A DNA stretch of 50,581 bases from a virus. Lineage: Duplodnaviria; Caudoviricetes. A program made the position numbers and the translations under genes. The stretch lies in the IMG/VR virus record IMGVR_UViG_3300048849_000135, positions 1 to 50,581 of that record; one strand, 5' to 3'. A model generated the notes under the pieces. That model made no database searches. It had not been told where the DNA came from and saw only the letters and a program-made list of their open reading frames with translations. Position 1 is the stretch's first letter. Each line of letters opens with the position of its first letter. Below are positions 1-9,313 of this stretch, piece by piece.

Positions 1-1095
1 CTATCGACTTGTTTTCGCTTCGTTTTTTGAGCCCAACCCCTCACCTGCGTTGAGGTGAGGGGATAGGCTGTTCTCCAAAAGTTTCCCCGCAGCAGTCTCA
101 GCAAGCTTCCGCTTATCCGCATTACGGGTGTAGAGAGCGGCCATTGCATCAGATGACCATCCAAACAAGGCCTTGAGTTCGGCATTGCTGCCGCCGGATT
201 CAGCAAGTCTCTGTGCCACGGTCTTGCGGATGCCGTGGGCGCGAGAATTGACGCCAGCCATGGCGCACATCTTCCCAAACCAGTTGCCGAACGATTCCTT
301 GCTTTTGAACGGTCGGCCATGGATGGGGGTGACCAGATAGGCGAGGTGGCCGGTTTGAACCTGATCCAGGCTCGCTTTCAGAATTGGGTGAAGGGGGATA
401 AACAGCGGCGCGTCGTTCTTTTCAGCCTTGAGCTCGATGACGTTGTTTTTGATGTGCTGCGGTCCCAGCTTCCAGACGTCACTTCGACGCAATCCAGTGA
501 ATAGCAGGAGCTCGATCGCCAACCGCGCCTGCGTTTCCGGTCCATGCGTCCGATAGAAGGCGACCACATCTTGCTCGGTCCAAGGCTGGAAGCCGCCGGA
601 CTTTGTCTTGGGACGCTTGACGCCTTTGACCGGGTTTTCCCTCAGATAGCCGGCATCGACAGCCCACTCCAGCAGGTAGCCCATGATCTTCATGAAGCTG
701 ACGGCCGCGTGGGGAGTTTCTGCTCGACGATCCCGCCCGGCCGCGATGGTCGCTCGATTGATCTGCGAGATCAGCATCTGTCCGCCGGTTTCACAGACCT
801 TCTTGAGAATGTTGTGGCGATTGGCTTGGGTCGAAGCCTTCAGGCTCTTGAAAGCTGCGCTCTGTTCGTACTTCTCGACCAGCCAAAGAAGGGTGTGCCT
901 TCCGGCGGGCGCGACTTCTGCCGCCTGTCCGGCGATGAGTGCGCGCCAGGCAGCCACGAATTCCTCAGATCCATATTCACCTGGCAGGCGCGTTCGTTTC
1001 CCCGTCCCCACGCGGAAATACCAAACGACCTTGTCGTGTCTCGTCAGCTGCTTCTGGACGTACTGGTAACGGGGTCGAGGCATGCCATCGATCAT
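1..1095 (-). CDS. int: Tyrosine recombinase/phage integrase
   Basis: Catalytic motifs TGLRRSD, HGIRK, FGW...Y; N-terminal arm-binding-like region typical of alphaproteobacterial phage integrases. Confidence 0.95.
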   Translation of the reverse strand: MIDGMPRPRYQYVQKQLTRHDKVVWYFRVGTGKRTRLPGEYGSEEFVAAWRALIAGQAAEVAPAGRHTLLWLVEKYEQSAAFKSLKASTQANRHNILKKVCETGGQMLISQINRATIAAGRDRRAETPHAAVSFMKIMGYLLEWAVDAGYLRENPVKGVKRPKTKSGGFQPWTEQDVVAFYRTHGPETQARLAIELLLFTGLRRSDVWKLGPQHIKNNVIELKAEKNDAPLFIPLHPILKASLDQVQTGHLAYLVTPIHGRPFKSKESFGNWFGKMCAMAGVNSRAHGIRKTVAQRLAESGGSNAELKALFGWSSDAMAALYTRNADKRKLAETAAGKLLENSLSPHLNAGEGLGSKNEAKTSR

Positions 1096-1271
1096 AGGTA
1101 GCCTCGCGCCGAATCGGCAACTTCTTTTTCAGATAGGTCGCCGTCGCCGTTGATCACTACCGCGCCGTCTGGCTCTACTCTGACCGAGCGTATCTCGACA
1201 CCCGCTTTCTTCACGGCCCGGATCGCCCGGGATACGCTGTCTTCGGTGAATGCGACGGCTCGGCGGCCCAT
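1092..1271 (-). CDS. Putative excisionase/small DNA-binding protein (59 aa, MGRRAVAFTEDSVSRAIRAVKKAGVEIRSVRVEPDG...)
   Basis: Translated by hand (below the ORF-track cutoff); GAGG RBS; ATGA overlap with int; resembles the small proteins found upstream of alphaproteobacterial integrases. Confidence 0.7.
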   Translation of the reverse strand: MGRRAVAFTEDSVSRAIRAVKKAGVEIRSVRVEPDGAVVINGDGDLSEKEVADSARGYL

Positions 1272-2107
1272 CAGTCCACCTCGTACGTAATTGAGTGAAG
1301 CGTCCCGGTATGGATCGCCGCTTCATTCGGTTGGGGTGGCTGAATGTTCTCGTTTTTCAGCTCATCATCAGGCTCAGCTAGGTGACTTTTCGCCTCTGTT
1401 TCATCGTCTGATCCCTCTGCGTTCCCGATGACATTCGTCTGCGTCGATGGTGGCCCTACTTGATTTTCGGGCGCGGGGCTTGAAGATCCATCGAGCGAAT
1501 CTATCTCCGTCACGTCATGTACCGCGTCCAGCAGAAGGCCTGTGCCTCGGCGGACCGGCGCGGGCCTTCCTTTCAGTTCGCCATTTCGAGGCGCTTCATG
1601 ATCACTGATGCCGACTGGGTTCGTTACAGCGCTGTTCAGGATACCGCGGGCATATGGAGCGTTATCGAAAACGCGACTGGATTGCCCTTCTTCATCGAGT
1701 GGGTGCCCATGGTCCTGCTGCGGAAAGACGTCGCTTTCGCTCTGGCGCAAACCCTGAACGAAATAGTTTTCGAGGGAAGAGCCTTCCACTGAAATCGTTT
1801 CGGGCGCGTGAGTGAGCGGGCAGGTGCCGCGCGGTATCTCGCAACCATAGAATCCACAGTTGCCAAGCGGACCCGCTCCGCACTTCGGGCAACGCTTGAT
1901 CGTATCTGCATCGAGGTAACGAAGCTCATAGGTAGGATGGAACGGCAGGGGGTGCGTGTATTCCATCCCATCCAAGCGGATGCGCAGCCGACCTTCGCGG
2001 GCTCCCACGATCGCTCCGACCTCGGGCGTCTTGCCGCCCGTGTATTCGACCCTGGCACCGCGCTTCGCCGGAACGCCGTACCTCTTCCTGATCCACTCCA
2101 TGCTCAT
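1271..2107 (-). CDS. Phage hypothetical protein (MSMEWIRKRYGVPAKRG...), with a low-complexity C-terminal extension spanning an antisense gene
   Basis: Start/stop overlaps at both ends; phage-like N-terminal domain. Confidence 0.55.
   Translation of the reverse strand: MSMEWIRKRYGVPAKRGARVEYTGGKTPEVGAIVGAREGRLRIRLDGMEYTHPLPFHPTYELRYLDADTIKRCPKCGAGPLGNCGFYGCEIPRGTCPLTHAPETISVEGSSLENYFVQGLRQSESDVFPQQDHGHPLDEEGQSSRVFDNAPYARGILNSAVTNPVGISDHEAPRNGELKGRPAPVRRGTGLLLDAVHDVTEIDSLDGSSSPAPENQVGPPSTQTNVIGNAEGSDDETEAKSHLAEPDDELKNENIQPPQPNEAAIHTGTLHSITYEVD
1598..1792 (+). CDS. Small rhizobial-type hypothetical protein (64 aa), nested antisense
   Basis: GAGG RBS; sequence RYSAVQDTAGIWSVIENATGLP resembles a small Rhizobium protein family. 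Confidence 0.55.
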   Translation: MITDADWVRYSAVQDTAGIWSVIENATGLPFFIEWVPMVLLRKDVAFALAQTLNEIVFEGRAFH

Positions 2108-2826
2108 GGCTGGCCCTCTGTAGGGTCCCGACGCTGCGCCTTGAAGCCACCGCAGGTGTTGACCGCGACCTGGATCATCGAAACGATCCACGCGACATCC
2201 TCGTCGGATCGCTCGCGATCAACATCGACGACAAGAACTGGCTTGCCATCGGCGTCCGTCAGGGTTCCGACATCTTCATCTGTTGGGAGAAGCGGCAGCT
2301 TGACGCCGTTATCAGCCAGCGCGCCGACGAATTGCGCGACCGTTGCCGGATTGGTCACCCGCAATTTCATCTCGGGAGCGGGGGTCTCTGTCTCACCCTG
2401 CTGCACTGCAACTATTGCGCTTGCGCCATGTTCGTTCGCAAAACTCGGACGGCGCCTATGGACGACAAACTGGAAGATCTGCGCGATCGCTTGGCGAAAT
2501 CTCTTCGAGAATCTCGCGAACTGCGGGCCCGGCTGAGAGCCGAGACGGCCAAGACGAAGGCGATGCTGGATGAAGTTCGATTTGAGCGTGAACGCCTTCG
2601 CGATCTGATGGCAAGGAGCAGCCATGCGCTGAGTAGAAGAAATGATCGAACCTAGTGCAGGATCTTCCGTCACCTGGGGAGCGGGTGCGGCGTTCCAAAC
2701 GTCAGCGCCTGTTGCCAAGCGAAACGCTGCAACTTCTTCATCATGCTTCCGCTGTAAGGCCATCGGGTCTTTGCGCAGCTTATTCCGGAGTTGCGCTGGA
2801 AGTAGGTGAGGTTTTGGCTCAGCCAT
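2104..2826 (-). CDS. Phage hypothetical protein
   Basis: Overlaps both neighbours; globular-looking C-terminal half. Confidence 0.55.
   Translation of the reverse strand: MAEPKPHLLPAQLRNKLRKDPMALQRKHDEEVAAFRLATGADVWNAAPAPQVTEDPALGSIISSTQRMAAPCHQIAKAFTLKSNFIQHRLRLGRLGSQPGPQFARFSKRFRQAIAQIFQFVVHRRRPSFANEHGASAIVAVQQGETETPAPEMKLRVTNPATVAQFVGALADNGVKLPLLPTDEDVGTLTDADGKPVLVVDVDRERSDEDVAWIVSMIQVAVNTCGGFKAQRRDPTEGQP
2458..2655 (+). CDS. Small coiled-coil protein (65 aa), nested antisense
   Basis: Heptad E/R/L-rich sequence; upstream GCAAC-N16-TGTT promoter-like motif. Confidence 0.5.
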   Translation: MDDKLEDLRDRLAKSLRESRELRARLRAETAKTKAMLDEVRFERERLRDLMARSSHALSRRNDRT

Positions 2827-3319
2827 TGTCCGAGCCCTCCGTGGTGGCAAGGGCGGCGCGGAATGTGCCTTCCGCCAATGCTACCCACTTCTTTTTCGTG
2901 GCCTTGTCGGTGATCGTCCACGGCCTTAGTGCCTTACCTGACTGCAGTGTTTCGCGGAGATGGCGCGCGGCCTCATCTATCCGCGCCGGAGACAGCAAAC
3001 CCACATGGTTCTCGGGTGAGGGCGTCCGGCTCGCAAGTTCCGCCTCAAGCTGAGCGACAACAGCCAGGAGTTCGTCGCGCTGGTTTTTCCACATCGCTTC
3101 GAAGATCTCGGCCGTTCCGTCCGTATCCCCCTCGGGCGCTGGTGCCTCCGACAGGGCGGAGCGGGCCTCGTGGATCGCGTCATGCAGATCTGCGATGCCG
3201 TCGAACACCGGAACAGAACGCTTGTCGGCCGCATCGATGCGAGCATGAAGGCCCGCTATAACCTGTTCGGCCGCTGCGAGCAGGTTCTTGAGCGCCACCG
3301 GCTTCGTTGTGTCTGTCAT
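2819..3319 (-). CDS. Phage hypothetical protein
   Basis: GGAG RBS; coupled to neighbours. Confidence 0.7.
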   Translation of the reverse strand: MTDTTKPVALKNLLAAAEQVIAGLHARIDAADKRSVPVFDGIADLHDAIHEARSALSEAPAPEGDTDGTAEIFEAMWKNQRDELLAVVAQLEAELASRTPSPENHVGLLSPARIDEAARHLRETLQSGKALRPWTITDKATKKKWVALAEGTFRAALATTEGSDNG

Positions 3320-3702
3320 GGCTGGTCTCCTGAGGCTCGATAGAGCTGGTTACGTGGAAGGGGCGGCAGGTCCGTCTTGCCGGCTCGCTCTGGCTTGGCG
3401 GCTTTCGCAAAGCCCGCGGATCGGATCGTGACGGGATTCCGCATGGCACCGGAGGCTTTGTCGCGCTGCCGGTCGGACTTGCGGATCCGGCGCACATCGA
3501 CTGCCGTCTTTTCCTTGTGACAAGGCTTGCAGATGAGACGGCCATTCGCGACCGTCGGCTGTCCGCCAAGTTCGCAGGGCAGGATGTGATCGACCTCTCC
3601 CTCGCCAGGCTTGAGCGCGGCCTTGCACGCCTCGCAGCTTCCATCAGCGCGCGCGATGATCGCCGTCTTCGTCTTGCGGGAGAACTCGAGGCGCTTGCTC
3701 AT
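3316..3702 (-). CDS. HNH endonuclease
   Basis: CEAC...EVDHILP...N...CKPCH motif; start at MSKRLEF. Confidence 0.9.
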   Translation of the reverse strand: MSKRLEFSRKTKTAIIARADGSCEACKAALKPGEGEVDHILPCELGGQPTVANGRLICKPCHKEKTAVDVRRIRKSDRQRDKASGAMRNPVTIRSAGFAKAAKPERAGKTDLPPLPRNQLYRASGDQP

Positions 3703-4277
3703 GCTCCGATCTCCTTCAAAGCTTTCTCGCGCGCCCGGTTGAGTTCCGACATGGCATCGTGAGAGCCGCCGGGCGCATCCGGGTGCGCCGTCTTCGACGC
3801 CTGGCGATAGGCACGCTCGATCTGGTCCCGCGTGGCAGTCCCGGGGTTGAGTTGGAGCACCTGCCGCCACGAGCGAGATGCAGCCGGCGCCGGCAGCGCA
3901 GTGAAACCGGCGAACGTTGCCCGGACCAACGCAAGCGTGCCGTGGCGAAGCTCGGTGCGGCGCGCCTCGATGATGTGGTGGATTGCCTGAAGGTTCGCTT
4001 CGACCTTCGAATATCGATCGACGGGGATGCAGACGGACATGCCATCCCAAGTGAACCAGACACTGACACCGGGATCCGCCGGCTTGTCGGCGCCTAACGT
4101 CACGTTGCTGGAGATCACCACGCCAGCCAGAGGCTTTCCGCTGTCGGCCGCGAACCGCTTCAGGCTGTCCTGAACGTTCTTGATCGCGCCGCCAAGCGAC
4201 GTACGGAACTGGCCGCCCTCGCGGGTGCCTTCCCACCGTGGCATCATTTCCGGCCACTGGAGAGGATACGGGATCAT
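3699..4277 (-). CDS. Phage J-domain (DnaJ-like) protein
   Basis: C-terminal J domain with the HPD motif (TAHPDAPGGS); YPLQWP N-terminus. Confidence 0.85.
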   Translation of the reverse strand: MIPYPLQWPEMMPRWEGTREGGQFRTSLGGAIKNVQDSLKRFAADSGKPLAGVVISSNVTLGADKPADPGVSVWFTWDGMSVCIPVDRYSKVEANLQAIHHIIEARRTELRHGTLALVRATFAGFTALPAPAASRSWRQVLQLNPGTATRDQIERAYRQASKTAHPDAPGGSHDAMSELNRAREKALKEIGA

Positions 4278-4371
4278 CCTCGAACCCTCCGCTGCCGGGC
4301 AACGAACCTGTCATTCGACTGCCGGCCTTTCCAGGCGATCCAGCCGCGGATTGCGTGAATGGCGAGGGTCA

Positions 4372-4575
4372 TCATGTGCGCAGCCCTTCGAACAGCTTGA
4401 GGATCTTGCGAGCGATCGGCATGTCCAGCGGGCCGCGTGCTGCCTTGGTCTGTGCCTTGGCGGCTTCGATCTCCCGGCGGAGCTGTTCCGTCTTCTCCGC
4501 CCGCTGAGCGAGGAAGACGAGCGTTGACGTTCGGGCCGTGGGGTAACGCTTGAGGTAGTCGTCGTGCGTGGTCAT
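4372..4575 (-). CDS. Hypothetical protein
   Basis: ATGA-coupled within the operon. Confidence 0.6.
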   Translation of the reverse strand: MTTHDDYLKRYPTARTSTLVFLAQRAEKTEQLRREIEAAKAQTKAARGPLDMPIARKILKLFEGLRT

Positions 4576-5402
4576 GCTGCCACCTCTGGAAAAGCATCAT
4601 GGGTTACGCCGTCGATCGTGCGACCGGACAGCTTCTTGCCGATGCGCCGAACCGTTGCGCCGTCCTCAAATTTGAAGTGAGTGCCCGGGCCGGCGACTTC
4701 GGAGACAGACACCCATTCCCCGTTCTGCTTGTGGTGAAACGCAGCGCCGGCGGCTTCTGCCTGATCACGCAAAGAGCGGAACCAGTCGGGATGCGTCGGC
4801 CGTGCCTTGTGCCCACCCTGATCCGTCTCGCCACCGGTGATCACCCAATCCGGCATGAAGGCGGGAGGGATGTTCACCGGCCCCAGCAGCGGTTCAAACG
4901 AGCCGAAGCTGAACAGCGGGTTCAACTCGATCTTCGCGACCTGCAGCGCCGGAAGATTGATATCGGCGCGCTTCTGGTCCTCGGCAGTGGTCCCGATCGC
5001 GGCGTTGGCCGGCAGCCCACCGGCGGCGTCGGCCAGCTTCACGATCAGCTGAGGGCGCTTGGTCAGCAGCAGGTAGACCAGCCGCGGCGTCTTGCGCATC
5101 ACGTCGAAAGCATCGGCCCGCCACTGCGGATCAACCTGATTGTCGAAGATGTCGGCGAGGCTGGCGCAGAACACGAACGGGCGGGTGCCATCCTTCTCCG
5201 CCTGGCGCTGCCACCGGTGCGGATCGTTCCAGGTATGGGCTCCGGTGCGCTGGCGCGGGTTGTTGCCCCAGTGAACCTTGCCGTAGCGCTTGTCCATCAT
5301 CGCTTCGGCGTAGCAGCCGTCACATGCCGGCGAGACCTTCGTGCATCCCATCCAGGGATTCCACGTGTGCGTCGTCCAGGAGATTCCGGAATTCTCGGCC
5401 AT
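4572..5402 (-). CDS. DUF5131 / phage Gp37-Gp68 family protein
   Basis: ISWT..TWNPWMGCTKVSPACDGCYAE, LLLTKRP, SFEPLLG, WVITGGE motifs. Confidence 0.92.
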   Translation of the reverse strand: MAENSGISWTTHTWNPWMGCTKVSPACDGCYAEAMMDKRYGKVHWGNNPRQRTGAHTWNDPHRWQRQAEKDGTRPFVFCASLADIFDNQVDPQWRADAFDVMRKTPRLVYLLLTKRPQLIVKLADAAGGLPANAAIGTTAEDQKRADINLPALQVAKIELNPLFSFGSFEPLLGPVNIPPAFMPDWVITGGETDQGGHKARPTHPDWFRSLRDQAEAAGAAFHHKQNGEWVSVSEVAGPGTHFKFEDGATVRRIGKKLSGRTIDGVTHDAFPEVAA

Positions 5403-5818
5403 TACGCTGCTCTCCTTGCAAGGGTGAAGGGAAGGCGATCCGACAGCACCCACATGTGGTACATGTCGGCTTCGTCGATCAGTTCGGACGCCGGCGGCAT
5501 GACCTGCACGGCCGTCGCTTCCTCTCCGCAGATTTCGTTCTTGATGCGCTGCAAGTCCCGCCATGGCGGCTCTAGCTGCGAGGCGGTGCGGATCGCGAGG
5601 TGAGTGACCTGGTTGCCGTTCTCGTCGACGAACCGACGGATCAGGACGGCATAGAGATTGTTGGCGCGGGCCTCGCGCACCTGCTTACACCAACCATGGC
5701 CGCCGGGGATGCCGTCTGGCAGGTTGGTGATGCGCCAGAGGCCCCAATCGCCCTTCAGGCCCTTGCGCTCCAGCGCGCGGCCGGCAAGACGCCGCTGACG
5801 GTTGCTGACCCGGCTCAT
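5402..5818 (-). CDS. Conserved phage hypothetical protein (WRDLQRIKNEICGEE...HMWVL family)
   Basis: Recognisable phage motif; coupled to neighbours. Confidence 0.75.
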   Translation of the reverse strand: MSRVSNRQRRLAGRALERKGLKGDWGLWRITNLPDGIPGGHGWCKQVREARANNLYAVLIRRFVDENGNQVTHLAIRTASQLEPPWRDLQRIKNEICGEEATAVQVMPPASELIDEADMYHMWVLSDRLPFTLARRAA

Positions 5819-6075
5819 GCTGCACCGCCTTTCCGAGCGGCGAGCATGGCGTCTGCCATGCGGTAGAGTGCCTTTGCCCGGTCAAACATCCATTCGTCGG
5901 GCGTGTTGTTGGTGATCTCGCCGCAGATCTCGTTCTGTGCCGCAAACTCTCCAGCCAGCGCCTGACCGGCGAACCAGTCGCGCAGGCTCATGCCGGGCAT
6001 GCTGCTCGCTTGGGCACTCCACCCGTGCGGGAATGCAGTGCCGCCGTCATCGATGGTCTTGACGTGTCCGGTCAT
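5815..6075 (-). CDS. Conserved phage hypothetical protein (GG.AFP...GMSLRDWFAGQAL family)
   Basis: Widespread phage motif; ATGA coupling. Confidence 0.8.
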   Translation of the reverse strand: MTGHVKTIDDGGTAFPHGWSAQASSMPGMSLRDWFAGQALAGEFAAQNEICGEITNNTPDEWMFDRAKALYRMADAMLAARKGGAA

Positions 6076-6515
6076 GCTGCTCTCCAGTCGTTGGCGCCGT
6101 CGTGGAAGCCACCCCGGATCGTCTCGGTGAGATGGATCCCGTTGGTGTCGCAGAAGGCGAGTGCATAGGTTATGAGGCTGGCGGCACGGCCGACCGACAT
6201 GCGGGCCGTGCTCTCGCGGATGTTGACGAACTCGTTCTCGAGGCCGGGAATGATCTCGACTTCGCCGGCCGTCGCGACCGTGTGCCCGGACACGAGCAGC
6301 ACCTTCCAAGCCTCGGCATCCCGGCGCTTGCCGGCCCACGTCATTTGCGAGTTGGCAATGTCGGTGCAGATCGCATGGAACTTGGCATTCTGATCGACGC
6401 TGCGGGTCTTCGGGCCAATGCTGATCGCGCAGCCTTCGTCAGCAGCCCGAACCGCGGCGAGGGCGTTGGCACGGACCTTGTCATTGATGAGGATGAACCT
6501 TTGGCGCTGGGTCAT
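6072..6515 (-). CDS. ninB: NinB/Orf family recombination protein
   Basis: RSVDQNAKFHAICTDIA...WK...PGL...STARMS motifs. Confidence 0.88.
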   Translation of the reverse strand: MTQRQRFILINDKVRANALAAVRAADEGCAISIGPKTRSVDQNAKFHAICTDIANSQMTWAGKRRDAEAWKVLLVSGHTVATAGEVEIIPGLENEFVNIRESTARMSVGRAASLITYALAFCDTNGIHLTETIRGGFHDGANDWRAA

Positions 6516-6517
6516 GG

Positions 6518-7471
6518 TCAGCCCGCCATCATCGGATGATTGCGCACCATGTCGTCGACCGGCAGCCGATGGCTCACCTTGGCCTCAATCATCTTCTTGA
6601 CTTCCAGCGCATCGCCCGGCCGGCGAGCCCAGAACACCTGCAGGCTGGCGCGGTTCGCATCCTGCCAGCGAGCGACCTTGTCGGCGGAAAGCTCGCGGAT
6701 GAACTCGGCAACGCGATCAGCAAGCTGGCCGTCCGGCACGTTTTCGAGAGCGAAGCCGTCTTCCCACCAGATCGTCACGGCATCCTTGCCGCCGATGGCG
6801 CGTAGGCGGTTCTCCTGGCGCTCCTGCTGGACGATCTCGGTGGCGGTAAGGTCGAGAACCTTGGCTCGATCGAGTTCTGCCTCGTCGTAAAGGCCTGTAA
6901 ATTGCTCAGGCCAGCCGGCGCGCAGGGCCTGCATTTCCGCACACTTGGCGATCATCAGGCGCGGCATCCGGCACCAGTTGCCGGAGCTGTCCAAAACCTT
7001 CTTGCCTGTCGGCTTGCGCTTCCCAGCATCCTGGTCGTAGAGCCATTCGTCAGAGACGGGCGCAAACTCTTCCCAGAACGCTTGGCCGGCGACCTCGTAC
7101 CAGTCGCCCGACTTCTGGTCCTGCTTCCACAGGTACGTGGTTGCCGACACGATCCCTTGCGGGTTCAAAGGCGAGATCAGGTCCTTGTCTCGGTCGTATT
7201 CCGGCGGCTTGTTGGCGGGCCGATAATCACCGCAGCGCTGCGCAATCACGCGCTGGCCGTCACGGCTGATGATGATCGTCATCTTCCGCTTGTCGGCCTT
7301 ATCCTTGTTGAAAACCATCGGGATGATCTGCCCGAGGAACGGGTCAAGGCCCTTGGCCTTCGCAACCTCCATATAAAGGTTGAACTCGTCGTCGTTCGTG
7401 TCCTTGGCGACCGTCGTCTTCACGAGCGCGATCTGCTTCGGGGACATGGTGAATTTTGTGATCTCGTTCAT
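6518..7471 (-). CDS. Bet/RecT family single-strand annealing protein
   Basis: GLDPF..QI, ISRDGQRVIAQR, W..MP..MIAKCAE.QALR..WP...GLY motifs. Confidence 0.9.
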   Translation of the reverse strand: MNEITKFTMSPKQIALVKTTVAKDTNDDEFNLYMEVAKAKGLDPFLGQIIPMVFNKDKADKRKMTIIISRDGQRVIAQRCGDYRPANKPPEYDRDKDLISPLNPQGIVSATTYLWKQDQKSGDWYEVAGQAFWEEFAPVSDEWLYDQDAGKRKPTGKKVLDSSGNWCRMPRLMIAKCAEMQALRAGWPEQFTGLYDEAELDRAKVLDLTATEIVQQERQENRLRAIGGKDAVTIWWEDGFALENVPDGQLADRVAEFIRELSADKVARWQDANRASLQVFWARRPGDALEVKKMIEAKVSHRLPVDDMVRNHPMMAG

Positions 7472-7998
7472 TATCGCCTCCTGACGGACAGGCTGACGGA
7501 ACCGTTGTCGAGTTCGGCGCCTGGGATTGCTGGTTCATTCTTGAGCGCGTCCGCGAGCGCCCTCTTGTCGAGCTTCGGGGCAGGGCGATCCTGCTCCACC
7601 CAGAAGCGGGCCGGGATATCGGCCTCGTTTGTGATGACCACGGCCGCCGCGCGGCGCGTCAGCGATAGGGTCGCGGTGGGCAGCTTGAGAGATGGAAGAT
7701 CGGCCACGACAAGGGCCTGCTCGATCAGCGCGCGAATCCTGTCCGCACGGTCCTTCTGCATCTTCCTGCGGGCATCGAAGGATGTGATCTTCGCGTCCAG
7801 CCCAGTAATCAGAACCTCGCACTCGTCGAGTTCGTCCAGACCAATGCTGATTGCTTCAAGCAGGCTCGTTTCACCTTCGATCGCGTCGGCCACCAGTTCC
7901 GCGTCATCACCCGCCCCCTGGTCCTTCAAGCTAGCCAGCAGCTTGCGAGCCGCCTCCATCTGGAGCATCATCGATCGCTCGGCGTTCATCTTCGTCAT
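7471..7998 (-). CDS. Siphovirus Gp157 family protein
   Basis: Coiled-coil N-terminus; IPARF...PKLDKRAL..ALK...IPGAEL C-terminus. Confidence 0.85.
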   Translation of the reverse strand: MTKMNAERSMMLQMEAARKLLASLKDQGAGDDAELVADAIEGETSLLEAISIGLDELDECEVLITGLDAKITSFDARRKMQKDRADRIRALIEQALVVADLPSLKLPTATLSLTRRAAAVVITNEADIPARFWVEQDRPAPKLDKRALADALKNEPAIPGAELDNGSVSLSVRRR

Positions 7999-8258
7999 CA
8001 AATCCTCGCCTGCAGCTCGTGCTGCCGTTCGATCTTCATGAGGGTGTGAGCTGTGACGCCGGCGAAGACGGCGATCGAGAAGACAGCGGCCGCAAACAGC
8101 AGGGCGCGCCATGCGTTCTGCTTCGCCATTACCGTCCGGGAGGCCTTGGTCTGCGCTTGAGCGCGAGCGGTGAAGCTCTGGAGCGGTACGGCAGCGCTCT
8201 TGCACTGGCCGGGTTTGCAGGCGCATCCCTCAAAGGCGCGGATCATGCAGTCACGCAT
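7998..8258 (-). CDS. Small membrane protein
   Basis: One hydrophobic segment; coupled to neighbours. Confidence 0.6.
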   Translation of the reverse strand: MRDCMIRAFEGCACKPGQCKSAAVPLQSFTARAQAQTKASRTVMAKQNAWRALLFAAAVFSIAVFAGVTAHTLMKIERQHELQARI

Positions 8259-8613
8259 TGGCCTGCTCCCTTAATTCGCGAGAGGTCTGGGCAAGCTCGA
8301 CGCAGGCCTTGGCTGCCAGTTGCGGCAGGCTGATGCGAAGATTTTCGATCTGTGCTGCAGCTGCATTCAGCTGGTCGCGAAACTCCGCTTCCACGGCGGC
8401 AACGCATTCGGCCTTGATGATCGCGTTCGCGCGCTGAGCGTGAGGCATCAGAGCTTCCGACACACGACGGTTGCCATACTCGTCGAACCCGACCTGCATG
8501 GACCGGTAGTAATCCGAAGCTGACGCCTTCTTCTGCTCCAGCGTCGGTATGCTGCTGATGAGCGCGTGGATCCTGGAAAGGGTGCTGGCGAGTTCAATGC
8601 GAGCTTCGCTCAT
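8251..8613 (-). CDS. Hypothetical protein
   Basis: GGAGG RBS; coupled to neighbours. Confidence 0.7.
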   Translation of the reverse strand: MSEARIELASTLSRIHALISSIPTLEQKKASASDYYRSMQVGFDEYGNRRVSEALMPHAQRANAIIKAECVAAVEAEFRDQLNAAAAQIENLRISLPQLAAKACVELAQTSRELREQANA

Positions 8614-8810
8614 CGGCTTGCCTCCAATGCTGCGGAGATCTTCGCCGCAACCATGCGCATGCTCTCCGGCGTAGGCGGTAAGCCGCAGGCGGCGTCATCC
8701 TGCCAGTGGCGAAGCCAGGCCAGCGCCTCGCGCAGCGCGGCATCCTTGGAAGGGGCATTGGCGCGATTGTCCGCGCGGGCATGCTGGAGCATCATCTGCA
8801 TGGCAGTCAC
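8610..8810 (-). CDS. Hypothetical protein
   Basis: GTGA overlap with the upstream stop. Confidence 0.6.
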   Translation of the reverse strand: MTAMQMMLQHARADNRANAPSKDAALREALAWLRHWQDDAACGLPPTPESMRMVAAKISAALEASR

Positions 8811-9151
8811 TCCGCTGCGATCGAGTAGTGGAAGGGGATGGCGGCCGGGAACGGGAAGTCGTCGAAGACGCCCTTCCATTCGAGCGCCTTGCGCTGCTCA
8901 GCCGAGTAGCCGACGAGCTGGTCGCGGTAGGGGATGGGGTCCATCAGGTCGAACAGCGGGCCACCGGCGGCCTTGGCGGCGCCAGCTTCGCGCAGCTCGT
9001 GGCACTTGCGGACGTACTGCAGGTAGCGGGCGGCGGCCTTGGGAGCGTTCTTGCCGGCAACGTGCAGGCGGCGGATCTTGAAGATAACTTCGTTCAGATC
9101 CGCCACGTTCAGGCGAAGTGCGTCGGCGGTGATGTCTGCTGCGGTGTGCAT
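8807..9151 (-). CDS. First gene of the leftward early operon, hypothetical
   Basis: GGGGAG RBS; directly downstream of the pL-like promoter. Confidence 0.7.
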   Translation of the reverse strand: MHTAADITADALRLNVADLNEVIFKIRRLHVAGKNAPKAAARYLQYVRKCHELREAGAAKAAGGPLFDLMDPIPYRDQLVGYSAEQRKALEWKGVFDDFPFPAAIPFHYSIAAE

Positions 9152-9178
9152 TGCTGCTCCCCATCGGTTGATGAGAAG

Positions 9179-9231
9179 ACTATGCGATAATCGCACAACG
9201 AACGCAAGAGCTAATCGTGCTAAAAGCGCAC
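9179..9231 (-). promoter_or_regulatory. pL-like promoter (TTGCGT-17-CATAGT) with two repressor operators (9182-9196, 9217-9231)
   Basis: 18-bp GTGCGATTATCGCATAGT is identical, inverted, to the site at the cro promoter. Confidence 0.8.
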
Positions 9232-9295
9232 AAATGATTTTAGGCCGCGCTTTGAGAGAATCGATTCGACTCTCTCATCAGCATCTGCTTTCATA

Positions 9296-9310
9296 GAACG
9301 AAAGGAGAAC
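9296..9310 (+). promoter_or_regulatory. Alphaproteobacterial LexA (SOS) box GAAC-N7-GAAC
   Basis: GAACgaaaggaGAAC overlapping the RBS of the gene at 9314. Confidence 0.75.
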
Positions 9311-9313
9311 AAT

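Noticed and set aside
3703-4314. Long N-terminal extension of the HNH ORF, and similar extensions of 4572-5564, 5815-6339 and 7471-8226
   Set aside because: They overlap real upstream genes in other frames; coupled internal ATGs with RBSs give better starts
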